From Vicugna vicugna (Eukaryota): a DNA stretch of 64,000 nt. The stretch's first letter is position 1. Every line of letters starts with the position of its first letter. Both the position numbers and the translations under genes were made by a program. Under the pieces are notes generated by a model, which was not told where the DNA came from, did not search any database, and saw nothing but the letters and a program-made list of their open reading frames with translations. The DNA lies in contig MU058384.1 in NCBI GenBank assembly GCA_013265495.1, positions 4,637,239 through 4,701,238 of the forward strand, given 5' to 3'. Shown piece by piece: positions 1-13,061 of this stretch.

Positions 1-1019
1 TCAAAATTATTTTTCAACAGATTCATTTTTCAAGCCAAATCTCAAATAGAACTTTGAAGTAAAGAACCTATGAAATACTTGTCTCAAACTCGCAAAATCT
101 GTCACTGAAATTACGGTTCTTTCAGTAAAAATCATCACCTGGATGCCTACCTCTGCCCCAATAGTCTTTCATTACCTTAAAAAAGTTACCTGCTGCTGCT
201 TCACTTTTGAAAAATATACATCATGGCTTGTTAAGCTCTAAATTAATTTTCTTACTATGTTCTCAAAACCTGAAAAGATTTAGTGGTTCCTCAAAGTGTA
301 TGATAAAACAAAATGATTTCTTAGAGAGTTTCATTTTTAACTAGCATTCTTTAGTTTATTAAATGTGTGCATTAAAAAGAATATGTTCTATATACCTTTG
401 GTTGATTAATGACTCTCATGCTAAGAGTAGGGCCCTTCATCAATGTCATGTGACAAATGAAAAGCATAATGAGAAACAGGAATATTTTCTGACTTCTAAC
501 AATGTTCCATTCATCAGACCAGACTCACTTTTTTTATTAAGCATGAAAGAAAGCATGACAAATGTGGAATCCTTTCCAAACCTTTCCAAACCAAGACTTT
601 GTACCTGAAAAATGACTTTGCCATAAATCTTGAAATATTTTCTCCTTTTACAGAACCAAGCAAGTACTATTTTTATGGCAACCATGGCTGGGGGTATGTG
701 TGTGTATCTAACAATATAAAGTATCCATGCCTTTCTTACTAATACTCTACTTTTTATACAGTTGACTTTCTCTTATTAATTTTATTGAGTCATGTCCCTC
801 TGCTTTAAAGAGAACGGGCTATCATTTGTGATACGGAGAAGTCTTTTCCTTAAGAACTTTAGCTATTTTCCATGGAATGTTTTGACTTCATAACATAGAG
901 TATCATTACCCATATATTTTCCCCCATGCTAATTATAATGAAATCCTCAGTATCACTTTTTAAAAATAGAAACAGACTTTCAGTCTTTGTACAGTTATAA
1001 AAATGACTGTTAAATAAAT

Positions 1020-1709
1020 AAGTAAAATATATTTTTAACGTTAAGAAAATAAAATCACCCATAATCCTCTACTTAGAAATAACTTGATAAATACCTTCTT
1101 ATATATTTGATGCATTTGTAACTGTGTGTATTACTGAAATGGGACCCTACTTCTCAGTTATTTGATATAGAATGGATTTCTTTTAATATAACAAATATGA
1201 TCATCTTATCTTAATGGTTCTTTAGTAACCCATTGTGTAGAAATACCAACATGTATTTTTACCAGTGTTGTATTAGTAGAACTTACATTTCCAAGTATTT
1301 ATTATTATAAACAATTCAGTGATTAATATCCTTGCACTCTTGAGTATATATATTCAAAATCCATAACAGGTCCAGGCATCAATCAATCAAAACTGATGCC
1401 AACTACAGAAAAGAAAAGGTATAGCCTTCCACATTCAACTGAGTCTATATTAGCCTAATTTGTACTTATACAACTTTGCACATTTGACTAATTATTTTCC
1501 TGCAGGAAATTCTTAAAAACGGAACTGCTGAGTCAAGCATATACGCCTTTAAAAAGGATTTTGGAACATGCTCTCAAATTGTCTTTCCAAATAGCTCATT
1601 ATCCATTTACACTGCCACTAGCAGCATTATATGGGAGTACCCATTTTTCCAACATTCCTGACAACACTGAATATTATAAACTCTGCTAACTCGTGTGCAA
1701 AAGATGGCA
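1020..1709 (-). mobile_element. Old L1 (L1ME-like) 3' region fragment, antisense
   Basis: Degraded L1M antisense motifs (ggaactgctgagtcaa...catttacactgccactagcagc...cccattttccaacattcctgacaacact); continues after the MLT1 insertion; boundaries approximate. Confidence 0.55.
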
Positions 1710-2227
1710 TCTGGTAGATTGTATTAATAACCGTAAATCTTAGCCTCTACCTGTATCCATCTCCTTTACCATGTGACTTTGCTGTCTCTCTTATTAAAGG
1801 ACAAAATATATTCCTTTATCCTTTGATTCTGATTCTGTCACATCATTTGTTTTGGTAAATGGCATGCTGGCAGATATGCCACAAGCAGAGGCTTGATGAA
1901 CATTTGCACAGCTGGGCTTGCATGCTTGTGTTTTACCATCACCACAAGAAGGACATGCTTGGATTAGTCCACTAATCCCAGGGAAAGGATGGAGCCCTGG
2001 CAAAGTATGAAAGACACACAGAACTGCCCTAGCTGAATTCTCTCAGGCAAGCCCAGCATAGAGAGAGGCCCCAGTCTACATACAGAAACAAGAGCAAGCT
2101 TAGCAAAGATCATGCTGAAGCAGGTAAGCTCCAGCCAACCAACAGATCTGAAAGTTATAACAAATTATTGTTGTTTTGGTCTTTGGATTTTGAGAATGTG
2201 TTGTTACACAGAGACAGCTAACATACA
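1710..2227 (+). mobile_element. MaLR LTR (MLT1F/G-like), solo, inserted in L1
   Basis: Typical MLT1 blocks: ccatgtgactttgctg, agcagaggcttga, and a 3' end ttgttgtttt...gttgttacacag...ctaacataca. Confidence 0.75.
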
Positions 2228-3340
2228 GTATATCCTTTAATTTCAACTTGCTTGGTTAACTTTCATGTTTGTTTTATCTTTACATTTTTTTCTTTATGGT
2301 TTCTCTGCTCATATCATTCATAATTTGGGGTAGTTACCTTTTATTATTGATTTGTAATAGTTCCTTATAGCATATCCCACCTACTACATATGTTGTCGTA
2401 TTTTCTTAGCTTATTATTCATCTTTTATCCCATATGCTGATTTTAGCTTACAATGATTACAAATTCATGTAGGTTAAAAATAACTATATATTTTTTCATT
2501 ATTTTTACCTTTGAGAACCTATTTGGAGAGATCTTCCCCCCTGCTTCAAGATTTTAAAAATATTCAACTATATCTTCTTTTACTACTTACATTGTTTCTG
2601 TTTTTACAGTTAAATATTTATTACATCTGGAATATATTTTGGTGTAAATGTATGAGGTAAACGATCTAACATTTTTTAACAGTCGTTCCAATATCATTTA
2701 CTGAATAACTTATTTGTAGTCCATCAATCAATTTGAAATAACACGTTCAGCACGTACTGAATTTTCCCAAAATGCTTGGGTTTGCTCCTAGGTGTTCTGT
2801 TTCATTGATTTATTAATATATTTCTATGCCAGTGCCTCAAAGATTTATTTTTATCATTTGTATACAATTTTAAATCTTGGTGAGAAATTCCACATATTCA
2901 TATTACTCCTTTTACCGCAGAAAATTTGTATAGACCATTTTAGAAACTTACTCTTCCAAATTAATTTTTTAAGTATTTGTTGATGTTTTCTAAAAATTTT
3001 CATTTGGATCTAATTAGTTTAAAGAAAAGAGTCATTTTATGGTATTTCATTTTCTCAATTAGAGATATGCCATGCCTTTTAAATTATCCAAGTATTATTG
3101 AATCTCATTATAAACATTTCAAGTTTTTCATCATGTAAGTCCTTTATGTCTCTACTTAAATTTGTTTTTAGGCATTTATAATTTTGTCACTACTATAAAG
3201 AGACTCTTTTCATTAGAATTTCAAACGGGCCATTCCTTGTATAAAAAAGATTTATTTTGTCACTAGCCATTTTATTTAACTGTTTCATTCAGTAAATTTT
3301 CATTTGATTCTCTTGAGTACACAACTATATAATCTTCGTG
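2228..3340 (-). mobile_element. Old L1 (L1M) ORF2-derived fragment, antisense
   Basis: T-rich antisense L1 motifs (ttattgatttgtaatagttccttata, catctggaatatattttggtgta, ctgtttcattgatt). Confidence 0.6.
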
Positions 3341-4197
3341 GAACTTCTCTAGAATCAATAACATTATAAACAGATCCAAAAGGAAATATTATTGTTTTAA
3401 ATATGGAATGCCTCATTTTACACTGTATATATTCTGCAAAACTTTTATTCAGAAACTAAGAGCAGAAATTAAATCAAAGATTTGCAACATCTTCTTCTTT
3501 GTAAATTTTCAAAATATTCTTTATGATCTTCATACCTATTCAAATTGACAGGATTTTCTATTTAAAAGTAGATGAAGTTTTGGTAAAAAAAATTTACAAA
3601 TCATTTTAATTCTATTTTAGATAGTAAAACCTGCTGGTGAACACTGGAAAGTTCCTCTTCTGGAAGCCTTAAGAATTCTGCCCCCTCAACCATCTAGCCT
3701 ATAGTCTGGTCAGATTCTCCCTCTAGTTGCTAGTGAATGATTTTAAAAATTCATAGCCATGCAACAGTCATCCCTAATGCTAAAAAGAGGTCAAAGTCCA
3801 GATTGCAGGAAAAATGTAAATAAATGTGTAAAATATCTCTCAAGTAATATTTTTTATTTTGTTCTGGTTGCTGCTACAGTTAAGAAGTATTATGTATATA
3901 TATACGTTTCAAATATTACTTTAACTTAATAAAATGCTAAGAACACATCTATAAAATTGAACTTTAAATCTCTAACAAACTAAATTTAAATAATGAAATA
4001 GAACAGAATGGAGGAGATTGGTTTCTACTGCTTTCTTTTTCTTTGTGCAGAATTAGAACTACATTTTCACCTTGACTATAATCTTCCATTTTAGGAACAT
4101 TATAATGAAAAATAAATGAGATTATATAAAAATCTGAACTCCCTTTAGATGTGTGTTCCTGAAAAGTGGCTTGCACAGAGAATTTCCATAATGAAAT

Positions 4198-4375
4198 AGT
4201 ATATTTTATTGATACCAGGGCATACTTTAAAAGATTTTAACATCTTTGAAATTAGGATTCATCTTAAAAATAAATGGTATATAATTGTTTAACTGGTAGC
4301 ATTTCTTATTTCTTAGTGATACATTAAATAATGGTATCTTACAATTAATGATATTTAAGATTGGATTGCTATCAT
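4198..4375. mobile_element. MER104-like Tc2/Kanga non-autonomous DNA transposon
   Basis: attttaacatctttgaaattaggattcatctta...aatggtatcttacaattaatg matches the remembered MER104 pattern; ~180 bp. Confidence 0.6.
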
Positions 4376-4415
4376 ATATTAAACATAATAGAGGAGTTCA
4401 GTATTTTAAAAGTAA

Positions 4416-4545
4416 GGGGGGAGGGTATATAGCTCAAGTGGTAGAGCATGTGCTTAGCATGCACAGGGTCATGGGCTCAATCCCCAGCACCTCCATTAAA
4501 AAAATAATTAAATAAACCTAACTACTTCCCCCACCAAAAAAAATT
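4416..4545 (+). mobile_element. tRNA-derived SINE, camelid Vic-1 type
   Basis: ggggagggtatatagctcaagtggtagagc (A box), gggctcaatcccc (B box), then the tail aataaacctaactacttccccc and an A-rich end. Confidence 0.85.
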
Positions 4546-4774
4546 TAAATACTATAAGAGCGATTATACAAAATTTTATAAAGGATCCTTTAGGAAAAAA
4601 TGATCTTTCTCTAGTCTAGACTTTTTAAATCAGTGGGTTGATATGTTAGGAGTTACCAGCTCTTTTAAAAAGTAATTGATAGCTATGAACCATCACCTCT
4701 AAGACTATGCATGCACCTAAAATTCTCATACAATTTCACTAAATTCATACAATGGAAGAGTTCTTTCCTGAACC

Positions 4775-5630
4775 CTGAAATAATGAGTTTTTACATCAGC
4801 ATCAGCTCTAAAGATTTTAAGATTACAGATGCACAGAAATTGCACCCTTAATGATTTGTAAGGGATTCTAATACACAGTCAGGACTAACTCTCTTCTAGC
4901 TAGACCAAACTTCCCTTTGAACTATCTGCATTAGAATCATAGGTTGTTTCTGTAACATGCAGTTTTCTGGACATCATTAGATATTCAAACCTAATATCAT
5001 AGATAGAATTCAAATCTATGGTGGGTGTGGCCCCTGTATTAAATTTTTAAAGCTCTCTCTCCTTGCTACTTCAATTGTGGTCCACAGATGAGCAGTATCA
5101 ACAAGTGGCAGGTTTTTATAAATGCAGAATCTCAGACCCCAGAACTTCTGAATGAAAATCTGCATTTTTTTCTGTCTTTCATGATTTAATAGATTTATTT
5201 TTAACTGAAGTATATTTTTAATTTCTGGTGTACAGCATAGTGATTCAGTTATACAGATACATATTCTTTTTCATTTTCTTTTCCATTATAGTTTATTACA
5301 GGATATTAATCATAGTTCCCTGTGCTTCAGTAGGACCTTGTTTATTTTATATATAGTATATATATAGTAGTTAGTATCTGCAAATCTCCAACTCCCAATT
5401 TATCCCTCCATCGCTCCCCTCTGCCCCTTGTAGCCATAAGTTTTTTTCTCTATGTCTGTGAGTCTGTTTCTGTTTTGTATATAAGTTCATTTGTGTCATT
5501 TTTTTAAGATTCCACATATAAGTGAATATCTGCATTTTAATAAGATCCTCAGATGATTCACATGCACATTAAAGTTTGAGAAACAAGAGTAGGAGATTCT
5601 AAAGTGCAGCCAGGGTTAAGGATGACTGCA
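4775..5630. mobile_element. Cluster of nested MER5-family hAT-Charlie relics; a MER5A at ~5063-5585 is split by an L1
   Basis: aaatgcagaatctcagacccc...atctgcattttaataagatcctcagatgattcacatgcacattaaagtttgagaaac is the MER5A signature; additional MER5-like pieces flank it. Confidence 0.7.
5169..5527 (-). mobile_element. 5'-truncated young L1 3' end
   Basis: L1 3'UTR antisense (ttttaactgaagtat...agattccacatataagtga) flanked by the duplication atctgcatttt at 5158-5168 and 5528-5538. Confidence 0.85.
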
Positions 5631-6159
5631 AGTAAGCAATACATTCTACAGTTTAATAACAAATTACTGTTTCTAAGTTTTTTTCCCTTTGAAACAAATA
5701 GCATGGAGTTAAAGGGAACAAGAAAAGTTCACTTTGCTCTCTAAGATAGAATTTCCTATAAAGAGATGGGAGGAGAAAGAGGAAGTCCTATAAAGGGGAA
5801 CATCTCTCACTAAAATCTTAATTTCTCTTAGAACGTTAAAAGGAGATTTCTCAGGCTGGAAACAACTAATTTATTACATTTACTAGGATATTCCTTTAGT
5901 TAATTTTATCTGGGGATATTTCTAAACATTCTTGAATTACTAATAGATTTACAGCCTGGATCACTGATCCTTGCAGAGTTATAAGGTCTCAATTCTCTTT
6001 CTCTTTTTCCGCCAGTTACTATGAATTAAAGATATATAGTGTTTTATATTATCCTTTCTCACATCAAAAATACCACAAAATGTTCTCAGGCTTTAGAAAA
6101 AATGCAGCAGAACAATACTATCAAAAGAGAGATAGGAGCAGCAGGCATGCTTGAGGGAT

Positions 6160-6184
6160 TGTGTGTGTGTGTATGTGTGTGTGT
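6160..6184. repeat. (TG)n microsatellite, imperfect
   Basis: Direct reading. Confidence 0.9.
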
Positions 6185-6989
6185 TTCGGGGGATTGCTTT
6201 CTCCATAGTATCAAGAACATTATTCTGGGCTAATAATCTCTGATTTTATTTTTAAGTTTTTGTTTGCTTTTTTGGTTTAAATCATCAAAAAGCAAGCTAA
6301 GCATACAAGATTACTTTGCTAAACACCAGCATTTCAGGAGAGTTTTACTTTGTTCAATATCTGGAAAGATAAACTAACCTACAATCTTTTGCACAGTCTG
6401 TAGCTCTCCAGATCTGTAAGAAAACCACAGAAACAACCACATTTATGCACACTGGCAGCATAGTAAAATCATGTGAGCTACAAGGTGGAAATAACAGGCT
6501 TGGACCAGAGTCACTGGAATGCACTTGTGATAGAAACACCTAGAAGAATGGCCCTCCAAATAAAGCCCCGTGAACAGCAAACAGCATTTAACCTGTGTGT
6601 TATATAGCATGTTTTCTCAGTAGCAAGTGCATAAGAGAAACTGCACTCCTTGTCATCTTTATTGTGTTGTTTCTCCTTCAGGGTTTTAATAGAGGATTAA
6701 CTATTAACTCTTAACAGATAATTAAAAGAATTACCCTATTAACTATCAAACTGGCCACAGCTATTTTACTAAGCTTCTCCAGGTCACCCATGGACTAGTT
6801 TACTATGCAAGAATGCCAGTTCTGTTGTTTCTGCCATCACTGTGAGTGGGTAATAAAAATCAGTGTTACCATTGTAGTTGACCCACTTGTGACAATGGAA
6901 TTGGGGCGTAATCAACGGGGGTGGGGGGCGGTGCGGCAGCAGAGGAGAGACGCTAGCTAGTCCCTGGATTATTTTGCTTCGATAAAGCA

Positions 6990-7385
6990 ATCTGTGATTT
7001 GTACAGTCTCTTTCTTGAACAGCCTGGTTCTTGGTCCTTGGCTGGCAGCTCTGTCAGTTTCCTTGCCTGGAATGTTCTTTCATTGATTTTGCACAAGTGG
7101 TTCCTGCTGACCATCAGGTCTTCCCTGACTGCTTACTCCGAAGAAGCCCCAGGTCCCTCCCTATCAAAGGACTCTGCTTTATTTCCTTCAAAGCACTCAT
7201 TACAATCATATATATATATATATTTTTTTAAATTTGAATACTGTGTAGCTTTTCTCATCAGAGTGTTTGCTCCAAAAGAGCAGGGACCTGTCCATCTTGT
7301 GACCAACTATATTCCCAGAACCAGAAGCGAGCTTGGCCCCTTGAAGTCTTTCAATAAATATCCATTGAATAAAAGAATGAGTCAT
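6990..7385 (+). mobile_element. L2 3' fragment
   Basis: ttgcctggaatgttcttt ... caataaatatccattgaataaaagaatga L2 3' terminus. Confidence 0.7.
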
Positions 7386-8254
7386 GTTAGCCAAAGGAAT
7401 CAATTGTCAAGAATATCTAATAATCCAGTGTGTCAAATATCAACATTAAGCTGCAATGAGAAAGCTGTAGTTGGGCAGAACAATTTGTTTAAAATTAAAA
7501 CTTGGATATTTGTAAAATCTGCCACGTTAGATCTATTTAGATTAGAACAGGTTTATTTATCTTGTATTGCTCCTCTCCATCTGTTCCTCACAGAAAGAAA
7601 GAAGTACCTCAGCCCCCACCATTAACACTTGACCCTGTGGTTCTTACGCCTTAGACCAAGACAGGGAGGAATGTACTAATTTTTAAATGCTGGATTTTCC
7701 ATTCTTGCAAAATCCTTACCTGGAAAACAACTGAGTTTTCAACTGAAATTAAAAAAAAAAAAGTCATATTTTGGGTGCATACTTTTTTGCCTTGTAACCC
7801 TCTACAAATGTATCTATTTCTAACTTTAAGTGCTATTTATTTGATTACAAAACAAATTTATTCACTGTACAACCTTTCAATCTAAGAGGTTTACAGTTGT
7901 CAACTCTTAAGTATCTCTGTAGTAGCATTTTATGCCGTGTAAGTTTGAAGTGTAGCATTGCCAGAGAGAAAAAAAAAAAAACTTGCTAAGGCAGAATTCC
8001 TGCTCAGCCTAGGCACCAGAACCTCCCATTTAATAGTTGGTGGGGTTCATATGATCCAATTATCCACAAATATCAGTACCTGAAAGTGTATTGTACCTTG
8101 ATTATTTGCAAATGACATACATGCACAAAATCTGTAGTAATATGTGAACTCCACGCTCTAAAATCTTCTCTACCCCTACTCCCCAAACTCTAAGGAATAT
8201 CCAGTAGATTCTGATCAGTTTCCAATTTCTGCTTATAAAAGATTTGATGATGAC

Positions 8255-8435
8255 ATTCAGTCAGTTTGGGACCTTAAGAAAGGTGCCTGGTCTTCCTGAA
8301 CATCGGTTTTCCAAATGAGGAAAATAATAGTCTGCCTGCCCCACAGTGTAGTTGTGAGTAATTAAATGTACCAAGGCACATAAACTATTTAGCACAATAC
8401 TGGACACATACTCAGAAAGAAAGGTTAGCTATTTT
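8255..8435 (+). mobile_element. MIR SINE fragment
   Basis: ggttttccaaatgaggaaaataatag...gttgtgagtaattaaatg...ttagcacaatactggacacata. Confidence 0.6.
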
Positions 8436-9998
8436 GTGACTAATTTAGTTCCAATTTGTAGTGTATCTTTTAATCATATTGATTATATTAGTAAAATACT
8501 GAAATTTTCATTTTGTGAAGATTTCATCCAATCTATACATGTACTTAATTTCTCAGTTGTAGGTGGCTTCCAGCTATTAGTACCAGCTGTGGGACTAGTA
8601 CTGATGCCATGTGGGTCCTTTCATTGCACACTATTCCTTGTTACTCTTGTCCCACTCTAATGCATTGTCTCAGCATCTTTGTGTTTTCTCTTTCCATTTT
8701 AGTCCTTGATCATTCACTTTCTGAGTCATTAGCTAGTGAGTATTAGCTGATTACTGTGTAAGGCTCTGAATCCTGCTCATGTGCTCTCTGCCCAAAAGTC
8801 ACACCTGTATCTCCCTGTGATTAATCTGTCCTCTCATAGCAGACAGGCCTCTCTGTTCTTCTCTCTATGGCATGAAACTGGCTTTCCATACGAAAAAGGG
8901 GTTTGGTAGAATGGGACTTTTTTTTTTTGGATGAAAGAGACATTTCCTCATGAAGTTAGAGTGAAAACAGATTCTCCCTGCCCCCATTGCCCACAAAAGT
9001 GAATATCATGACATTTCCCATCTGACCCGTTTAAGTACCTGCCCCCCAATAACTCAGGATATTGCCACTGAGTTGCTACTTGCTTAATGCCATGTGATAT
9101 ATGTGAGCATAGATTTGATGAAAAACAAGCACAAGCTCCTCAACAGCTTCTCCAACTACTGATGATTTATATGGTCAAGAGGCAGGAATGTTCTTTCTTA
9201 TATTCAGAAGATTATTAAAAAACAAGAATTTTTAGTTTTCCAGTATAAATTGATATTATTAGCTGATCAATTTAAGTGTTATCATCAGTTACAATTTCTA
9301 TTAGTATAAATTTAATAATAACTTTTTAGTACAAGTTAATGTCAGTTATTCGTGCTCAATATTGAGTTTTCAATGCTGCATTTGTCTTGATGACATTCTT
9401 CTAAAGTGATGCTTTTATTTTTCTGATTATAAAAGTAAAACGTATTTGTTGCAGTTTTTTAACACATAAAGACCTATAGATAAGAAAATTTAAATAATCT
9501 GGGCTTACTCTTCTCTTTCTCTTAGTCTATGCCCCCATCTGGCCATTATCAACACTTCTCATTATAAATTTGAATCATCAAGCCACAAATTTGGGGGAAT
9601 TTTTTTCTTTTCCTGATCATTGAACCTATTTTCTGTCTCAGGCCTCTTTGGTGGTAGAAACACAATATTAGCCAATACATGATACACTTATTTCATTCTA
9701 ATTTTTCCCAAAGTAAAATCAGAATTTTCTGATCTACCTTTTTTTTTTTTCAGGATTATATTTTCATTCCAGAGGTTTGCATAGGAACAAGGCATCTGGA
9801 AGGATGTGGATGTGGAGGGTGTCTAGTCCCCAGTCACCAAGCTCCAGGCCAAGTCTGATGGATGTTGTTTGCTGATGTCACCAAGGCATCATGCTCTTCA
9901 CATGGTCGACACACAAAATGGCTGCCAGGAACCAACCCTAAACTGTTCCCAATCCTAAAGGATCATACTATTTAGGATATTATTTTTTCCCTAAAAGG

Positions 9999-10900
9999 CT
10001 GTCTTAGATTGAGTTACAATGCCTAAAGAAGGATCACAGTGTAGTCTGGTATAAAGTGAAGTGAGACAAATTTCCATTCCAAGGAGAACGAGTAATGGAT
10101 CAGAAAGAACGAGACAGGGAAGGACAAAAAGCCTATATAAAGGGGTGTTACTGAGATCAGTGTTATGAACAATGGCTTTTGAGAAAGAGAAAAACAGCCT
10201 CTAACAGACAGGGCTGGCCTAGAACTATCAGCTAGACTGATATCTGGCTTGGCACTCAGAGCTAGGTCTCAGTGTTCTCCCTTTAGACACGAATAATTTC
10301 ACAGAACACCAACATCAGACAAGGCCACTCTGCAATTATAATAGATTAGGACAAAAAATTCACTTTATAATTATATCTGAAAACAGACAAAAGCACGAAC
10401 ATTCTTCAAGCCATAAAAATCACCAAGCGTCTCTCTAACCTCATTAATGTGACTGCTACCTCTTTACCAGTTATTGACAGAGCCTCACTTTATTAGACAA
10501 GATTTATGATGCCTAATCATAGAATTATCCTCACTTCCTGACAGCATCAGATCGAGAGCCAAGACAAGACAGAGTCCTGTCTTGAACTCTCCCCAAAATA
10601 CCAGCTAAAAATTCTTTAAGTCTTTTCTAATTGTCTCTTACAGTTCCACAGCTGTCCCACAGTTCCCTGTGTGGTATGTTCTCTATGTCTGCAACCAGCA
10701 TGAAACCCACCTTGTTCAACTTGTGTTTCTGGCAGTCTCTGGTTGTAGGCTAATGACACATTCTTCTGCTGGAACCTTCTGATGAGTTTACAGAATGCCT
10801 CTCAGCCTTGTCCATGAAAGAAGGAGGCCAAAGTAGCTATGCATGGACAAGACCAAGCAAGTTCCTGTCAGCTCCCTTGGTAACAGAGGAGCCATGAGGC
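9999..10900 (-). mobile_element. Old ERVL-class LTR fragment (LTR33/LTR16-like), split by an ERV1 LTR
   Basis: gagacagggaaggacaaaaagcc...aaggggtgttactgag before the insertion and cagaatgcctctcagccttgtcc after it. Confidence 0.45.
10180..10758 (+). mobile_element. ERV1-class solo LTR (MER4-group-like; family not assigned)
   Basis: TG...CA termini, degenerate 4-bp TSD cttt/catt, internal blocks agaacaccaacatcagacaaggccactctg and aaacccaccttgttcaact. Confidence 0.7.
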
Positions 10901-11014
10901 AGAAAGTAAAGTTAGCCAAATTTCAATTCCAGCTACCTTTTGAGTCAAAGATATGAGTCTTCTCCAAAACTCTCTTATTAGTTCTTGCCACAGCATTCTG
11001 ATCTTCTATAGATA

Positions 11015-11620
11015 CTTTAAGTAACATGGGATTCCCTTGGACACAAAAGCCAAGTGGTTGGGCTGCTGGCACTGCAGCCTGGGCCAGTTGGAGAGCCTTC
11101 CTTTGCTTTTTAGGTCATCCAGTTAATAAATTAGGCAGTATTCCAATATGTGGAATAAACTACCTCCAAAATTTAAGCAGGCTTATTGAACATTGAAGAG
11201 TTCAACAACTCATTGTTTGTGAAGATATCTATCTTTCATGTCCAAGAGTCTCATATTCTAAAAAATTTACTGAGGTGTCAAACCCCTGGATTTTTAGGAG
11301 TACATGTCCTCTAAAGGACCTAGCATACAAGCAAATTTTCTTGTCCTGTCAGAATGATATCATCAATGCAATGAATGAATATGATGCTCTATGGAATGGC
11401 CAATGCCCCAGGAGCCAACTGAATCAGGTAGTGAAAAACTAATTCTTTGGGTATCTTCTGTATTTTGGCACAGAAAAAAGGAAAATACCTGTAAGATCCT
11501 AACAGGAAGACCATAAATAGAACAGTTGCTGTAAACAGAGTGACTACTTGATTAATCCGCCATCATTCTCCAAAATAGTCATCTTTGATTCAGGCCAAAC
11601 TGAAGAATTAAGTGGGTGTG
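11015..11620 (-). mobile_element. Degraded ERVL-class pol (reverse transcriptase) fragment
   Basis: Minus strand near 11335-11380 reads IHCIDDIILTG, a decayed ERVL HYIDDIML RT motif; no long ORF survives. Confidence 0.65.
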
Positions 11621-11734
11621 TGAGAAGAATCTCTATTCTTATCTTTCACGATGGCACTAGTCTTTGCGATTGTTTTTTACTTTCTATTTTGAGAAGGAGA
11701 GATAAACTTAACAAATTTCAAATAAAACCTGTAC

Positions 11735-12400
11735 ACTCAAAGTGACAAACAACGTTGAGGAAAAATTAAATGATCCATAAATGGAAAAGATACACATGTT
11801 TACGAATCCCCAAATTTAAATTGTTTAAACTGACATTTCTACCCAAATTTGTCTATAAATTCAATGTAATTCTAACTAGCTTTTTTTGGTATAAGTTTCC
11901 AAGTTGATTCTAAAATTTATGTAAGAATGCAAGAAATATGCAGAATAGCCAGAAAAAAAAAATGGAGAACTTACACTAGCTGATCTTAAGACCTACTATA
12001 AAACTACAATAACCAAGGAAGTGCAATATAAACATAATAGATACACTGATCAATGGAACCAAACAGAGAATCCAGAAATAACACCCACACATATATAGTC
12101 AATTGATTTTCAACAGAAGTGTCAAGATAACTCAATAGGAGCAAAAGATAATTTCAACAAATGATGCTAGAACGGCTGGATATTCATATGGAAAAGAATG
12201 GAGTTTAGTCCTTACTTTTTACAAGATTAACTCAAAATGGATCACAGATGTTAACATAAACTAAAATTGTAAGACTACTTGAATAGCTAAAATTTCTAAA
12301 AACCACCAGTAGCAAGTGCATCTTTCCTATATTGATGATGGGATTGTAAAATGACATAATCACTTTGGAAAACTATTTGGTAGTCTCCTAAAATGTCCAT
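11735..12400 (+). mobile_element. L1 ORF2 3' fragment (L1M)
   Basis: gatcaatggaaccaaacagagaatccagaaata, caattgattttcaaca, ttcaacaaatgatgctagaac are L1 ORF2 hallmarks. Confidence 0.8.
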
Positions 12401-13061
12401 ATCACAATGAGATAGCAAATATGACTATATTCTCTAGAAAAATAGTAAAATACACTAAATTACTCACATTCCATTGGAAGTAGCAAATTTATTTTTTATT
12501 CTTGAAATTGAGAGTTAGAGAACCAGAAAAAAGATTCAAATGTATTTTTGAATATTAAAGAGATCCCTACTAGAATTAGACATAAAAGATACAGATGCCT
12601 TACAATTCAGAAGATGATAGAAAAGAGAACAAAATGTGGTCCACTCAACACACATGCTAACCCTGAAACTTAGAATACAGAAGTACTGGCATAGAAGATG
12701 AAGCCTTAGAAACTATAAAACAAAATGATGGGAAGAAGACTCAATATATTTGTTGCAACGATAAATTCAAGTTGCCTGAAAATCAAGTCAAAAAGAGGCA
12801 AACACTTAAGAATAATTTATAAAGCAGCATTCAAACTATCCTCTTTGGAAAAGTTATGTATAAATAAATCTGTTAGAAATATTGCAAATGAAAAAATGAG
12901 AGCAGCTAATTGTGGCAAAAATAAAGTAAAATAAGTAAAAATGGCAATATTGATTTCACATAAAGTAAATTTCATGGTAAAATACATTAGATTAAAGGAA
13001 GAACGTCAACATTTATAAAGAGGTATAGTCAGTAAGAAAAATATAACAGTTACGAATTTTC

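Noticed and set aside
4420..4495. tRNA-like A and B boxes
   Set aside because: SINE head with a SINE tail; no convincing cloverleaf or Pol III terminator, so not called a tRNA gene
6900..6965. Small CpG cluster with a GGGGCGG GC box
   Set aside because: Only ~60 bp, far too short for a CpG island, with no other promoter evidence
6999..7625. Longest ORF in the track (208 aa)
   Set aside because: Non-ATG (TTG) start, runs through an L2 fragment and a (TA)n tract, and has no recognisable domain
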